Shown piece by piece: positions 18,880 through 28,283 of a DNA stretch of 32,000 nucleotides. Every line of letters begins with the position of its first letter. The stretch's first letter is position 1. The notes beneath the pieces are model-generated. The model was not told the origin of the DNA. It saw only the letters and a program-made list of their open reading frames with translations, and ran no database searches. Source of the stretch: Wolbachia endosymbiont strain TRS of Brugia malayi (lineage in GTDB: Bacteria; Pseudomonadota; Alphaproteobacteria; Rickettsiales; Anaplasmataceae); contig NC_006833.1 of NCBI RefSeq assembly GCF_000008385.1, forward strand, positions 570,001-602,000. Direction: 5' to 3'. The translations under genes and the position numbers were made by a program.

Positions 18880-20109
18880 ATGCTCACTTATATATACGAA
18901 TTAATTGATAAAAGCCAAGGATCAATATCCATCAGTGATTTCATGAATGCTGCTCTATACCATAAAGAATATGGCTATTACATGAATAAATTACCGCTTG
19001 GCAATGGTGGCGATTTTATCACAGCACCTGAAATTAGTCAATTGTTTGGTGAAATAATTGCAGTTTGGGTAATGCACACATGGAAAAAATTGGGAAAGCC
19101 ATCAAAATTTTCTCTAGTCGAACTTGGGCCAGGTAGAGGAACACTCATTCATGATATAATAAGAGTCACTAAAAAGTACGGTAGCTTTTTTAGTTCAATG
19201 GCCATTCACCTGGTTGAGATAAGTCCTACTTTGCAAAAAATACAAAAAGAAAAGTTAAAGGGTTTAGAAATCAGTTGGCACGAAAATATCGATAGTTTAC
19301 CAGAACAACCAACCATTTTTCTAGCAAATGAATTCTTCGATGCTCTTCCAATAGACCAGTTTGTATATCGTAATGGGAAGTGGCACGAAAATAGGGTGAC
19401 AAAGCAGAATGATGGGGCATCATCCCAGTGCCCCTTTCTTGTCACCCCATTGCTTAATACTAGAATCCAGAAAAAAGATCCAAGTAAACTGGCGTTGAAA
19501 TCCAGAAAAAAGAATGTTGTCACCTCACTGTCCCTTTCTTGTCATCCTAGTGCTCCTTCCTTTTTATCCCATTGCTTGACACTTGGATCCAGAAAAATTG
19601 ATCGTAAACAAGCACACTATTCAACATTTTCGATGAAATTACAAAAAAACTGGATTCCAGTGTCAAGCAATGGGATGACAGAGGGTTTTGATGGTGCAGT
19701 AGTGGAAGTATGTTCAGCTGGGATCGAAGTATTAAAAAAGCTTGAGGATAAGATAATGAATAACGGAGGAGCCGCTTTGATTATAGATTACGGCTATGTA
19801 TATCCTTCTCACAAGAGCACTTTGCAATCGGTAAGACAACATAAGTATGCTAATTTTCTTGAAAATGTCGGTAATAGTGATATTACCGCGCTTGTAAATT
19901 TTCAAGCGTTAAGAGACTCACTAAGATACGTAGACTGTGAGATTTCAACTCAAAGAGAATTTTTATATCTTTTTGGTATAAAAGAAAGAACCCAGGCTTT
20001 AATGGAAAATGCAAGTGATGAACAAAAGAATAGGATCTTTAGCGAATTTCTAAGGTTGACTGAAAACATGGGTACTCTTTTTAAAGCAATACTGATTCAT
20101 CATTCATAG
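18880..20109 (+). CDS. Class I SAM-dependent methyltransferase of the DUF185/COG1565 (MidA/NDUFAF7-like) family, carrying an in-frame repeat insertion
   Basis: N-terminal FMNAALYHKEYGYY...GDFITAPEISQLFGE, LVELGPGRGTL (SAM-binding GxGxG), ANEFFDALPIDQF, and C-terminal GGAALIIDYGY...SDITALVNFQAL. The central ~95 aa (..SSQCPFLVTPLLNTRIQ..SHCLTLGSRK..IPVSSNGMTEG) are encoded by the palindromic repeat. Confidence 0.85.
   Translation: MLTYIYELIDKSQGSISISDFMNAALYHKEYGYYMNKLPLGNGGDFITAPEISQLFGEIIAVWVMHTWKKLGKPSKFSLVELGPGRGTLIHDIIRVTKKYGSFFSSMAIHLVEISPTLQKIQKEKLKGLEISWHENIDSLPEQPTIFLANEFFDALPIDQFVYRNGKWHENRVTKQNDGASSQCPFLVTPLLNTRIQKKDPSKLALKSRKKNVVTSLSLSCHPSAPSFLSHCLTLGSRKIDRKQAHYSTFSMKLQKNWIPVSSNGMTEGFDGAVVEVCSAGIEVLKKLEDKIMNNGGAALIIDYGYVYPSHKSTLQSVRQHKYANFLENVGNSDITALVNFQALRDSLRYVDCEISTQREFLYLFGIKERTQALMENASDEQKNRIFSEFLRLTENMGTLFKAILIHHS
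19411..19685. repeat. Composite palindromic repeat (WPE/RPE-like) inserted in frame in the methyltransferase gene
   Basis: Three copies of a ~31-nt unit: tgtcaccccattgcttaatactagaatccag (19440-19470, direct), ttatcccattgcttgacacttggatccag (19564-19592, direct), and ctggattccagtgtcaagcaatgggatgaca (19650-19680, inverted). A second short direct repeat ccctttcttgtca occurs at about 19432 and 19522. Confidence 0.8.
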
Positions 20110-20126
20110 TATTGTGTTGCCTTTAC

Positions 20127-20432
20127 ACTAAACTGCTTTAGCTACAAATATTTAAGAAATTTACTAGACAGAAAAAAAGGTAAAAGAAACCCCATGATAG
20201 AGTTTACTCTCTAATCCTGCAAATCGGCGGTTTATATTGTCTTAAACGCTTTGTAATCACGTCTCAGCTTATATAGGTAAAAACTTTTAAAGACATACAA
20301 TGCACATAGTGCAAAAAAATTAAACATAAGACACTAACTATGTGACACTCCATCATTTAATCTGCACAGACTGAAGATAACTTAATACCATCAGTGCTAT
20401 GGTGGGTTGGCAAGGTTTGTTAAGTAATTTCT
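20127..20432 (+). repeat. Copy B of the ~310-bp non-coding dispersed repeat
   Basis: Collinear with copy A. It is the most diverged copy and is shorter in the middle (aaacttttaaagacatacaatgcacatagtgc versus aaacctagaaatgttgtgaagacataaggtacatatagtgc in A). It fills nearly all of the spacer between the convergent methyltransferase (stop 20109) and gltX (stop 20443) genes. Confidence 0.88.
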
Positions 20433-20442
20433 TTTATTTCAT

Positions 20443-21804
20443 TTAAACTGCCTGTAACCTCCTTATACATTCATCTTTACCAAGAATTATCATAATATCA
20501 ATGATTCCTGGTGCATCCATCACCCCAGTTATAGGGGCTCGTAATGAATGGTAAATATCGCTTATTTTAGCACTGTGCAACTTTGAAAACTCCTTGACCT
20601 GAGAAGACAAAAAGCCCTTATTCCAGTTTTTATCCCCGATATTCGAGAGAAATGACGCAAGCAACTTGATTATATCAAGGTTAGATTTGACAACTTGCTC
20701 AGCTTCTTCGCTCAAATCAAAAGGTGGGTCTTTTATATAAAACTGCGCTAAATCCAGCAACTCGGTCAGGTAATTTGCTCTTTTTTTTAGTTCCGTTAAC
20801 CCCTGTAATAAATAGTTCTTTTTCTTGTTAGTTAGAGTGCTTTCTCCAAGCATCAGGGTCAGAATATCTTCATTGCTCATATTATTAATATAATGGTTAT
20901 TCAAATGTTCCAATTTTTTAAAATTAAGCCGTGCGGGCGAACGACCAATGCTTTCTAAATTAAACCACTTTACTGCTTGCTCATTGCTAATAATCTCGTC
21001 ATTGCCGTGACTCCACCCAAGCCTCAGCAAGTAATTACGCATCGCTTTTGGCAATATCCCCATTTTTTCGTAGTCGCAAACACTTGTTGCACCGTGCCTT
21101 TTGGACAGCTTATTCCCATCTCTCCCGTGAATCAGCGGTACATGCGCAAAACGTGGAATATCAAAATCAAGAGCCTGGTATATCAGCACTTGCTTGAAGG
21201 TATTAGTGAGGTGGTCAGAACCACGTATTATATCAGTTATTCCTGCATCGTGATCGTCAACTACCACCGCAAAAATATATGTTGGAGTATTGTCAGAGCG
21301 TAAGATCACCATATCATCAAGTTGGTCACTATTCACTTTAATGTGACCGTATATTTTATCATCGACAATGATCTCCTGTGAATCTGGTACGTTAAAACGG
21401 ACAACTGGCTTTGCGTCTGGTATTACACTAGTACATTTGTGCTTATATATTTTCCTTTCCTCTCTCGCTTTTGCCTTCTTTTCTGCAACTTTATCTTCAG
21501 GGCAACAACAGCAATATGCCTTACCTTTCTCAACAAGAAGATTTGCAACTTCGATATGCCGTTCTATTCTTTTCGATTGATATACTATTTCTCCATCATA
21601 GCTCACACCAAGCCATTTTAGTCCATTTATTATCGCATCAATTGCTTCCTGTGTTGAACGTTTTCTGTCAGTGTCCTCAATCCTGAGCAAAAATCTGCCA
21701 CCATGGTGCTTTGCATAGAGCCAATTAAATAAGGCAGTACGAGCCCCACCAATGTGCAAAAACCCTGTTGGTGATGGAGCAAATCTGGTAACTATGTTTG
21801 GCAT
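20443..21804 (-). CDS. gltX: Glutamyl-tRNA synthetase, paralogue 2 (453 aa)
   Basis: [61 protein letters not shown]. Confidence 0.93.
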   Translation of the reverse strand: MPNIVTRFAPSPTGFLHIGGARTALFNWLYAKHHGGRFLLRIEDTDRKRSTQEAIDAIINGLKWLGVSYDGEIVYQSKRIERHIEVANLLVEKGKAYCCCCPEDKVAEKKAKAREERKIYKHKCTSVIPDAKPVVRFNVPDSQEIIVDDKIYGHIKVNSDQLDDMVILRSDNTPTYIFAVVVDDHDAGITDIIRGSDHLTNTFKQVLIYQALDFDIPRFAHVPLIHGRDGNKLSKRHGATSVCDYEKMGILPKAMRNYLLRLGWSHGNDEIISNEQAVKWFNLESIGRSPARLNFKKLEHLNNHYINNMSNEDILTLMLGESTLTNKKKNYLLQGLTELKKRANYLTELLDLAQFYIKDPPFDLSEEAEQVVKSNLDIIKLLASFLSNIGDKNWNKGFLSSQVKEFSKLHSAKISDIYHSLRAPITGVMDAPGIIDIMIILGKDECIRRLQAV

Positions 21805-21964
21805 ATTTGTTTATTATAGCAATGGTAAACGGATGATAGCTAAAATCCATGTCTATAACAATTTAGAATTACTATAAATTATTTATCCTGAAAGATTAAT
21901 TTGCATTTATTTTTACAAATTGTGGTGTATAGTTCAATATCGGTTAAATATAGCCAGGTATGTT

Positions 21965-22702
21965 ATGGGTGAACTTGAATATATAAAAGGTCTGCTTTCA
22001 ACCAATACATGTGCACTTGACTGGTGTTATGCAGGTCCGTCCGATAAAGCAAAATTAATAGCGAATGGAGACAATCTCTTGCATTTAGCTGCAAGGACAA
22101 GAAATGTTGAAGTTTTTTTATCTATTTTCAAGAAAAGTATTAAAAGTGATGTCCGTTTATTAGGGTACAGCGAAGGCAACATAAATCCATTTCATATAGC
22201 AGCAAGAATGCAGATACTACTGAAAGTAATAGAAGGAATATTTGAGCACTTGAATTCAGAAAAAGCTAAATTGCAGTATGATCCAGAAAAGCTAGAAAAG
22301 TTCAAAAATTACGTCAGAAATGCGTTAAGTAGCAAATGTGCGTTAACTGACTCCACAAAAAGGACTCCCCTTGATATGGTTAGTAAGGAAGATAAAGACG
22401 ACATAAGAAAAATTGCAGGCATAAAAGAGAGCTTCTTATGTAATAAGAAATTTCACCTGTGCCTATATATAGTAGGAACTATAGCGTGTATTGCTACCTT
22501 ATGTTCATCTTTATATTTTCTGTGTCTGTGCTCTCAAGAGCTTGCACTAGCTTCAGTAGCAACAATAGCTTCTGGTGGAGTTGCATGTCTGTCTTTTAAA
22601 GCATTTAGCGAGATATACAACTCGAATGACATAAGCACTCTAATGGAGGATATTAGTGCTAAGTGTGCTGCAAAAATAGTAGCACCTGGTACTTATATAT
22701 GA
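21965..22702 (+). CDS. Small ankyrin-repeat-like protein with a C-terminal two-helix membrane anchor
   Basis: The track ORF starts at TTG 21920. The ATG at 21965 (MGELEYIKGLL) is more likely. ANK-like NGDNLLHLAARTRNVEVF.., NINPFHIAARMQ.., KRTPLDMV. Hydrophobic hairpin FHLCLYIVGTIACIATLCSSLYFLCLC..LALASVATIASGGVACLSF. Confidence 0.7.
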   Translation: MGELEYIKGLLSTNTCALDWCYAGPSDKAKLIANGDNLLHLAARTRNVEVFLSIFKKSIKSDVRLLGYSEGNINPFHIAARMQILLKVIEGIFEHLNSEKAKLQYDPEKLEKFKNYVRNALSSKCALTDSTKRTPLDMVSKEDKDDIRKIAGIKESFLCNKKFHLCLYIVGTIACIATLCSSLYFLCLCSQELALASVATIASGGVACLSFKAFSEIYNSNDISTLMEDISAKCAAKIVAPGTYI

Positions 22703-22750
22703 AGAAAGAAAATTACTTGTAGGCAATGACATAGAAATTATACTTATACG

Positions 22751-24730
22751 ATGACAGAAAAGAAGTACAATAAGATTTTAATAGCAAACAGAGGGGAAAT
22801 CGCCTGCAGGATTATCAAAACTGCTCGTAGAATGGGTATATCTTGTGTATGCGTGTACTCAGATGCAGATATAAATTCTGTGCATGTAAGGCAAGCAGAT
22901 GAGTCAAAGTATATCGGTCCTTCGCCTTCTTGCCTTAGTTACTTAAATATTGAAAAAATATGTGAAGTAGCAGTTGAAACAGGTGTACAAGCTGTACACC
23001 CAGGTTACGGTTTTTTAGCAGAAAATCCAGATTTTCCATATGCTCTACAAAAATACAATATAGATTTCATTGGGCCAAGTGCAGAAACAATAGAAGTTAC
23101 AGCTAACAAAATAACAGCAAAAAAAGCCGCAAGAAAGGCTGGGGTCAATATAGTACCAGGATATATGGGCAAGATTAACGATGCTGCCCATGCAGCTCAA
23201 GTTGCGGAAGAGATTGGGTTTCCCGTTATGTTAAAGGCAGCTTCGGGTGGTGGTGGCAAAGGTATGCGAATTGTAAATTCCAAAAAGGAAATTGAACTAG
23301 CATTTACATCAGCAAAAAATGAAGCGGAGAAGAGTTTTAAGGATGGTAGTATCTTTATAGAGAAATATATAGAGTTACCAAGGCACATCGAAATACAAAT
23401 CATAGCAGATAAATATGGCAATGTAGTGTGTCTTGGAGAGAGGGAGTGCTCAGTACAAAGGAATAATCAGAAAATAATAGAAGAAACGCCAAGTCCATTC
23501 ATCAGCGAGAAAGTAAGACAAGAGATGTATGCACAATGTGTTTCCCTGGCAAAGCAAGCTGGCTATTTTTCAGCAGGTACTATTGAGTTTGTTGCGGATA
23601 AAGACCAAAACTTCTATTTTCTTGAGGTAAACACGAGATTGCAAGTTGAGCATCCAGTAACAGAATTTGTAACTGGAATAGATATAGTAGAAGAAATGAT
23701 ACGAACTTCCTGCGGAGAAAAATTAAGGTTCGGTCAAGATGATATTAGACTCACCGGTTCCGCAATAGAAAGTAGAACTTGTGCTGAAGACCCATCGAAA
23801 AGGTTTTTCCCTTCTAGCGGAAGAATAAAATACTACGATAAACCAAATGAAAATGATCATGTGAGAGTAGATGACGGAGTTGCTGCAGGTTCAGAAATTA
23901 GCATGTTTTATGACTCGATGATTGCAAAAGTAATAACATATGGAAAAGATAGAATAGAAGCAATCAGCAGAATGCAAAAAGCATTGTCTGAATGCTATAT
24001 AGGAGGGGTAACAAATAATATAGAATTTCTAGAATCCATTTTCCACCATCCAAATTTTGTTGCAGCAAAGCTCCATACAAGATTCACTCTAGACCACTAC
24101 CCCAGTGGGTTTCATGGTGATTTTGTTACAGAAGAATATATTAAAATATTTATTTTCGCTGGGTTATATGTTCATTTAGAAAATAAAGAAAAATATTACG
24201 ATAAGCCGATCGATGAAGTGTTCGTAGCTAGAATAAATGACAACGAACATCTTGTAAATGCAAAGTACCAAGATAATATTTTAACGACAATATACAATCA
24301 TAACACGTATTCTGTAAGTGGTAAGTGGAAATCAAGTTATAGGTTGCTATGTATTACAATTAATGATGATACTAATATGACATTTAAAGTAGAAAAACAA
24401 GGCAGCAAATACTTCATAAGGCATGCCGGAATGCAAGCTGAGTGCTATATATTTAAACCTCATGTAGCTGAATTAAGTAAGTTAATGTTAAATAACGAAA
24501 CAGAAAAAGCCTCAGTAGATGCTGTAAAATCTCCAATATCCGGTTTATTAGTTAAATTACACGTAAACGTAGGAGATCAGGTAGAAACAGGACAACCTTT
24601 ATTTGTTGTGGAAGCAATGAAAATGGAAAATATCATATGTGCTGAAGCAGAAATGGTAATAAAAAACGTTCTCGTTCAAGAAGGAAAAAATGTACAGATT
24701 GGTGATGTAGTGTTAGTTCTGCTTTCTTAA
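22751..24730 (+). CDS. pccA: Propionyl-CoA (acyl-CoA) carboxylase alpha subunit: biotin carboxylase plus biotin carboxyl carrier domain
   Basis: 659-aa [29 protein letters not shown]-grasp [22 protein letters not shown], and C-terminal biotinylation motif VEAMKMEN. Confidence 0.92.
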   Translation: MTEKKYNKILIANRGEIACRIIKTARRMGISCVCVYSDADINSVHVRQADESKYIGPSPSCLSYLNIEKICEVAVETGVQAVHPGYGFLAENPDFPYALQKYNIDFIGPSAETIEVTANKITAKKAARKAGVNIVPGYMGKINDAAHAAQVAEEIGFPVMLKAASGGGGKGMRIVNSKKEIELAFTSAKNEAEKSFKDGSIFIEKYIELPRHIEIQIIADKYGNVVCLGERECSVQRNNQKIIEETPSPFISEKVRQEMYAQCVSLAKQAGYFSAGTIEFVADKDQNFYFLEVNTRLQVEHPVTEFVTGIDIVEEMIRTSCGEKLRFGQDDIRLTGSAIESRTCAEDPSKRFFPSSGRIKYYDKPNENDHVRVDDGVAAGSEISMFYDSMIAKVITYGKDRIEAISRMQKALSECYIGGVTNNIEFLESIFHHPNFVAAKLHTRFTLDHYPSGFHGDFVTEEYIKIFIFAGLYVHLENKEKYYDKPIDEVFVARINDNEHLVNAKYQDNILTTIYNHNTYSVSGKWKSSYRLLCITINDDTNMTFKVEKQGSKYFIRHAGMQAECYIFKPHVAELSKLMLNNETEKASVDAVKSPISGLLVKLHVNVGDQVETGQPLFVVEAMKMENIICAEAEMVIKNVLVQEGKNVQIGDVVLVLLS

Positions 24731-25771
24731 ATAACATAGGAAACATAAACCTGATCCAAATAAGATAAACGAGAACATTTGGTGAGATATAGCAATAGTT
24801 ATTGGTATATGCAACAACAAAGTGACCACTCCTAAAATTATCTGGATGATGACGGAGAGTAGCATAACATACACAGATTTTACACTGGCATTTTTTATTG
24901 TGAGTACTGTTGTCAGGACCAAGATTAGCAATGCTAGTGTTCGGTGTATAAATTGTACTGTTGCTCTGTTTTCAAAGATATTTAGCCATGTAGGCTGTAA
25001 GAAAAATAAATCTTTCGGGATAATGTGTCCACCCATTAGTGGAAAGGTATTGTAAATTAAACCAGCATTTAATCCTGCAACAAAAGCCCCAAAAATTATC
25101 TGTACTACAATCAGGATCAGAATTATTCCTACGTAGTGTACAGTGCTACCACTAATCTTAAGTTTAGTTTGCTTTTGCCTAACTTGATAATTAAAAAATT
25201 GATATGATAATAATGCAAAAATAACCAATGCTAATAGCAAATGAAGTGTGAGCATATAGTGGCTCACATGTGGCTTAGCTACCAAACCGCTTTTAACCAT
25301 ATACCAACCAGTAAAAGCTTGCAAGACTCCAAATGATAGTGCTATAGATAACCTTATTACTACCTTTTTAGATATTCTTTTTTTTAGTGTAAAATATATA
25401 AATGGCAGAATGAAAATCAATCCCGTTAGCCTTGCAAACAATCTATGTACATACTCTATCAAGTATAGAGTACGAAACTCCTCCATGCTCATACCATAGT
25501 TAAATGTTTTATATTCAGGTGTAGTCTCATATTTTGATTTTTCTTGTAGCCAGTCTCGTTCGTTAAGTGGTGGAAACGCTCCAGTAATTGGGTTCCACTC
25601 TGTAATAGATAGCCCTGCTTTTGAGAGTCTGGTAAATCCACCAATCCCCACCATGAGGACTATCATGATAGAGCAGAGAAATAGCCAAATAGCTACGGAT
25701 TTTGATTGTTTTTGTTCCATAAACCATGCTGAATTTTGTTCCATTGCTGAGGGCAAGTAATAAATTCCCAC
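24713..25771 (-). CDS. ctaA: Heme A synthase (COX15/CtaA family)
   Basis: Polytopic membrane [34 protein letters not shown], and conserved His-containing helices (FIHRTLA, ISHQ). The true start is probably internal (ATG at 25744 or 25720, MEQ...). The 3' end overlaps the pccA stop by 18 nt. Confidence 0.88.
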   Translation of the reverse strand: MGIYYLPSAMEQNSAWFMEQKQSKSVAIWLFLCSIMIVLMVGIGGFTRLSKAGLSITEWNPITGAFPPLNERDWLQEKSKYETTPEYKTFNYGMSMEEFRTLYLIEYVHRLFARLTGLIFILPFIYFTLKKRISKKVVIRLSIALSFGVLQAFTGWYMVKSGLVAKPHVSHYMLTLHLLLALVIFALLSYQFFNYQVRQKQTKLKISGSTVHYVGIILILIVVQIIFGAFVAGLNAGLIYNTFPLMGGHIIPKDLFFLQPTWLNIFENRATVQFIHRTLALLILVLTTVLTIKNASVKSVYVMLLSVIIQIILGVVTLLLHIPITIAISHQMFSFILFGSGLCFLCYLRKQN

Positions 25772-26936
25772 AGGGCAAGAAAAGATGCAACACTATGCAG
25801 CAGGTTATAGACAGGAGAAAATACCAATGCTACATAAAAGTGAAAAGGCATCTTTTGCTGCTTGATCGCTATTGTCGAAAGAATCAGATTAGTAATGTAT
25901 ACCACTGCAAAGTAGTACAAAAATAATTTATTTAAAATTTGAGTTAATATCAATAAAAGCAATAAAAAAGGAGTAGTGAAAAACATAAAAGCTGTAGAGC
26001 CAACAAAAAGATTCAATAGTAAAATTCCTTTGAGTCCAGTATGTTTATAAAGTGACTTCATATTTTTTTAATGAATAATATAAGTTTGCATGTAGCATTT
26101 GATCCAACGTGCTCATTTTTTTCTTAATCCAAGAAAACATAGTAGTTGGTAATTCTTCTAATGTTTTCAAATCAATAATTTTAGTTTTATATCCCATTTG
26201 TGCAAGTCTCAAAACTATTCAGCATCTTCAGTAATGTTATAAGCATCCCAAAAAAGTACTTTCCATAAAATCTCTACTGAAAAATGGGTACTGCTACCAC
26301 CCAAAGGTATCTGTATGTTCATTTTTTGGAATCCAGGCAATAAGTACGGAAACAACTCATATATTTCAAAGAAAAGGATTTTGTCAGAAAATTGTGATTG
26401 TGATTATAGTAATTTAGTCTTGCCTGCACACAAGATAACTCATCGTTATCCCGGTCAAATTCAATCAGTGTTTTTTTTAACTGTAATGGGTCTAACTTGT
26501 CATCTACATCATACATTACTACATACTTTCCCCTTACAAGGCTCATAGCATAATTGTATAACCTGGCCTTTATTTTAGGTAAAAAAAGAGGTACCTTCAT
26601 TACTTCAAAATATTGTGGTAAAGTATGTTTTTCTATAGCTGTAAGCATTTCCTGATTATTACTTTCTATAAGAAACTCTACTTCTAATTCCGATCTTGGG
26701 TAATCCAAACTTTCGATACTTTCAATCAATTGTTCTATTATTGCACTTTTTTCAAAAGTAGGCAATAAAATAGTATGTATAGGAAAATCTTCTCCGTTCA
26801 TCTTATCATAACTCATTTTTCGGTTGGAGGTTTCATATAAGCTAAAAACCTTAGTTATAAATTTGAACAAATAATTAGAACATCCAACTATAAATATCAA
26901 CGTCAAAGCAAAATATGTATATTTCTCTGCTAGCAT
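25693..26936 (-). pseudogene. Family-2 glycosyltransferase (processive, NodC/cellulose-synthase-like, COG1215 type), decayed
   Basis: The N-terminal 205-aa ORF (26319-26936) holds the GT-A core (HTILLPTFEKS.., VVMYDVDD). The next segments are in other frames: LPGFQKMNIQIPLGGSSTHF..WDAYNITEDAE* (TED motif then TAG), IVLRLAQMGYKTKIIDLKTLEELPTTMFSWIKKK, then *ARWIKCYMQTYIIH* (Q/R-x-x-RW motif preceded by TGA next to a 7-nt homopolymer at 26116-26122), then the 122-aa TM tail (ORF 25693-26061). Confidence 0.8.
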
Positions 26937-27020
26937 TAAAATTGAAGTTGCAACAAGGAAAGAAGCAAAAAATACTGAGCCTAGTTTAATGTTCTTGACT
27001 AAAAAGTCATGGTTTTTATA

Positions 27021-27251
27021 TTACAAATAATTGCTCGCAAATTCTGAAATACCAAAGTGCGAGTTAAAAAAATTTAAAACTTGTTCGCCACTTGCTTTTA
27101 TTAATACATAGCCATCACCGTAGCTAGTCTTGATCCAATGGCTGATATCTCGACTTGCGTATTCAACCATAAAAAAAGTAGTGTTGCTTAATTTTTGCCA
27201 GGGTGCTATATTAAACTCATAGTAAAAGAGTTCTCCTTGCTCCCTACACAA
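27021..27251 (-). CDS. Hypothetical 76-aa ORF (TTG start), possibly the 3' part of a frameshifted gene starting at the ATG at 27310
   Basis: ORF only, no family recognised. An ATG at 27310 opens MQELPILQASNIEKISSVSI.. in a frame one nucleotide off from the 76-aa frame. That frame is open back to about 27278 but has no ATG. Confidence 0.3.
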   Translation of the reverse strand: MCREQGELFYYEFNIAPWQKLSNTTFFMVEYASRDISHWIKTSYGDGYVLIKASGEQVLNFFNSHFGISEFASNYL

Positions 27252-27315
27252 ATTGACACCGAACTTATTTTTTCTATGTTACTAGCTTGAAGTATAGGTA
27301 ATTCCTGCATTAAAC

Positions 27316-27792
27316 CTAATGCAGTTTCTTATTTAGGTTGCGCGAGAACGAAGATATAACCTCACTACTGCGCTTATCATCCTTATGTTCTTGCATTATT
27401 TTCTTTACAGCATCAGCAGCTATATTTGCTGTGTTAGCTTGCAAATCTCCAATGGCTTTTTCAACTTGATCAGTAACTTTCTCCAAGTAAGAACGGGCAT
27501 TGTCATCTAATGTCCGATCTAGCTGCTTTCTATTATGCTTAATGATACTATCAGCCTTATCAAATGCTTCATTCATCATTTTATTAACTTCCTCATCTAA
27601 TTTTTTGTATTTTTCAGAAGATTTTTTGTAATACTCCAACATATCTCTTCTGAATTTTTCAATCTCTTCATTCGTAAGCTTGCTCTTGTTGCGCTTGTCG
27701 TTAAGAGCGTTTTTTATCACTTTCTTTAATAACTTATATGAAAAGATAAAGCCTACAAAAAAAGCAAGACCAACAATTAGTGACGTAGACAT
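27316..27792 (-). CDS. atpF: ATP synthase F0 subunit b
   Basis: 158 aa. One N-terminal TM helix followed by a long charged coiled-coil. Last gene of the a-c-b'-b cluster. Confidence 0.8.
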   Translation of the reverse strand: MSTSLIVGLAFFVGFIFSYKLLKKVIKNALNDKRNKSKLTNEEIEKFRRDMLEYYKKSSEKYKKLDEEVNKMMNEAFDKADSIIKHNRKQLDRTLDDNARSYLEKVTDQVEKAIGDLQANTANIAADAVKKIMQEHKDDKRSSEVISSFSRNLNKKLH

Positions 27793-27800
27793 AAAAACTC

Positions 27801-28280
27801 CTAAAATTCTTTAGACACCAAATTAGCAACAAATTCCTTTTTAATTTCAGAATTAGTCAACTTATTGTAATAAATCAAGGCAATATTAGTAGTCATTTGC
27901 TTTAACTCATCAGTGTACTCAGACTTAAACTTTGCAACTCCTTCTTCAATGAACTTACTTATTTTTTTGTCTTCCTCTTCTAATATATTCTTCACGTTAG
28001 CCTTCATCTTTTCTACCTGGATTAATGCATCATCTATAACTCTTTTTACCTGTATCTCAGCTTGATTCAAAGCTGTATTATATTTAACAGTCTGATTTTC
28101 TATGAGCCTTAGAAGACAAATAGAACTATTAAAAGAATCCAATGCCCTTTTACTTCTAGTATTTATTATTCCATCTAACTTTGGCAGAAATAAATAACGT
28201 ACTACAAAAAACAGTAAAGAAAAAAAAATTAAAAACCAAAAAACTTGAGAAAAGAAAGTTGAAACATCAAGCTGTGGCAT
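27801..28280 (-). CDS. atpF2: ATP synthase F0 subunit b' (second b-type subunit, as in alphaproteobacteria)
   Basis: 159 aa. MPQLDVSTFFSQVFWFLIFFSLLFFVV (typical b' start MPQ(L/F)D...) followed by a coiled-coil. It sits between atpE and atpF. Confidence 0.8.
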   Translation of the reverse strand: MPQLDVSTFFSQVFWFLIFFSLLFFVVRYLFLPKLDGIINTRSKRALDSFNSSICLLRLIENQTVKYNTALNQAEIQVKRVIDDALIQVEKMKANVKNILEEEDKKISKFIEEGVAKFKSEYTDELKQMTTNIALIYYNKLTNSEIKKEFVANLVSKEF

Positions 28281-28283
28281 GTG

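Noticed and set aside
19206-19523. 105-aa minus-strand ORF inside the methyltransferase gene
   Set aside because: It is antisense to a recognisable gene and partly encoded by the palindromic repeat, which reads open in several frames by construction.
20977-21686. Four plus-strand ORFs (20977-21303, 21368-21580, 21439-21621, 21471-21686) inside the gltX paralogue
   Set aside because: Antisense shadow ORFs of a complete GluRS.
23197-25055. ORFs 23197-23421 (-) in pccA and 24822-25055 (+) in ctaA
   Set aside because: Antisense shadow ORFs of recognisable genes.
25563-25926. ORFs 25563-25793 (-) and 25726-25926 (+)
   Set aside because: The first is out of frame with ctaA. The second is antisense to the TM tail of the glycosyltransferase pseudogene. 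Neither has motifs.
26315-26548. 77-aa plus-strand ORF opposite the glycosyltransferase N-terminal fragment
   Set aside because: It is antisense to a segment with clear GT2 motifs.
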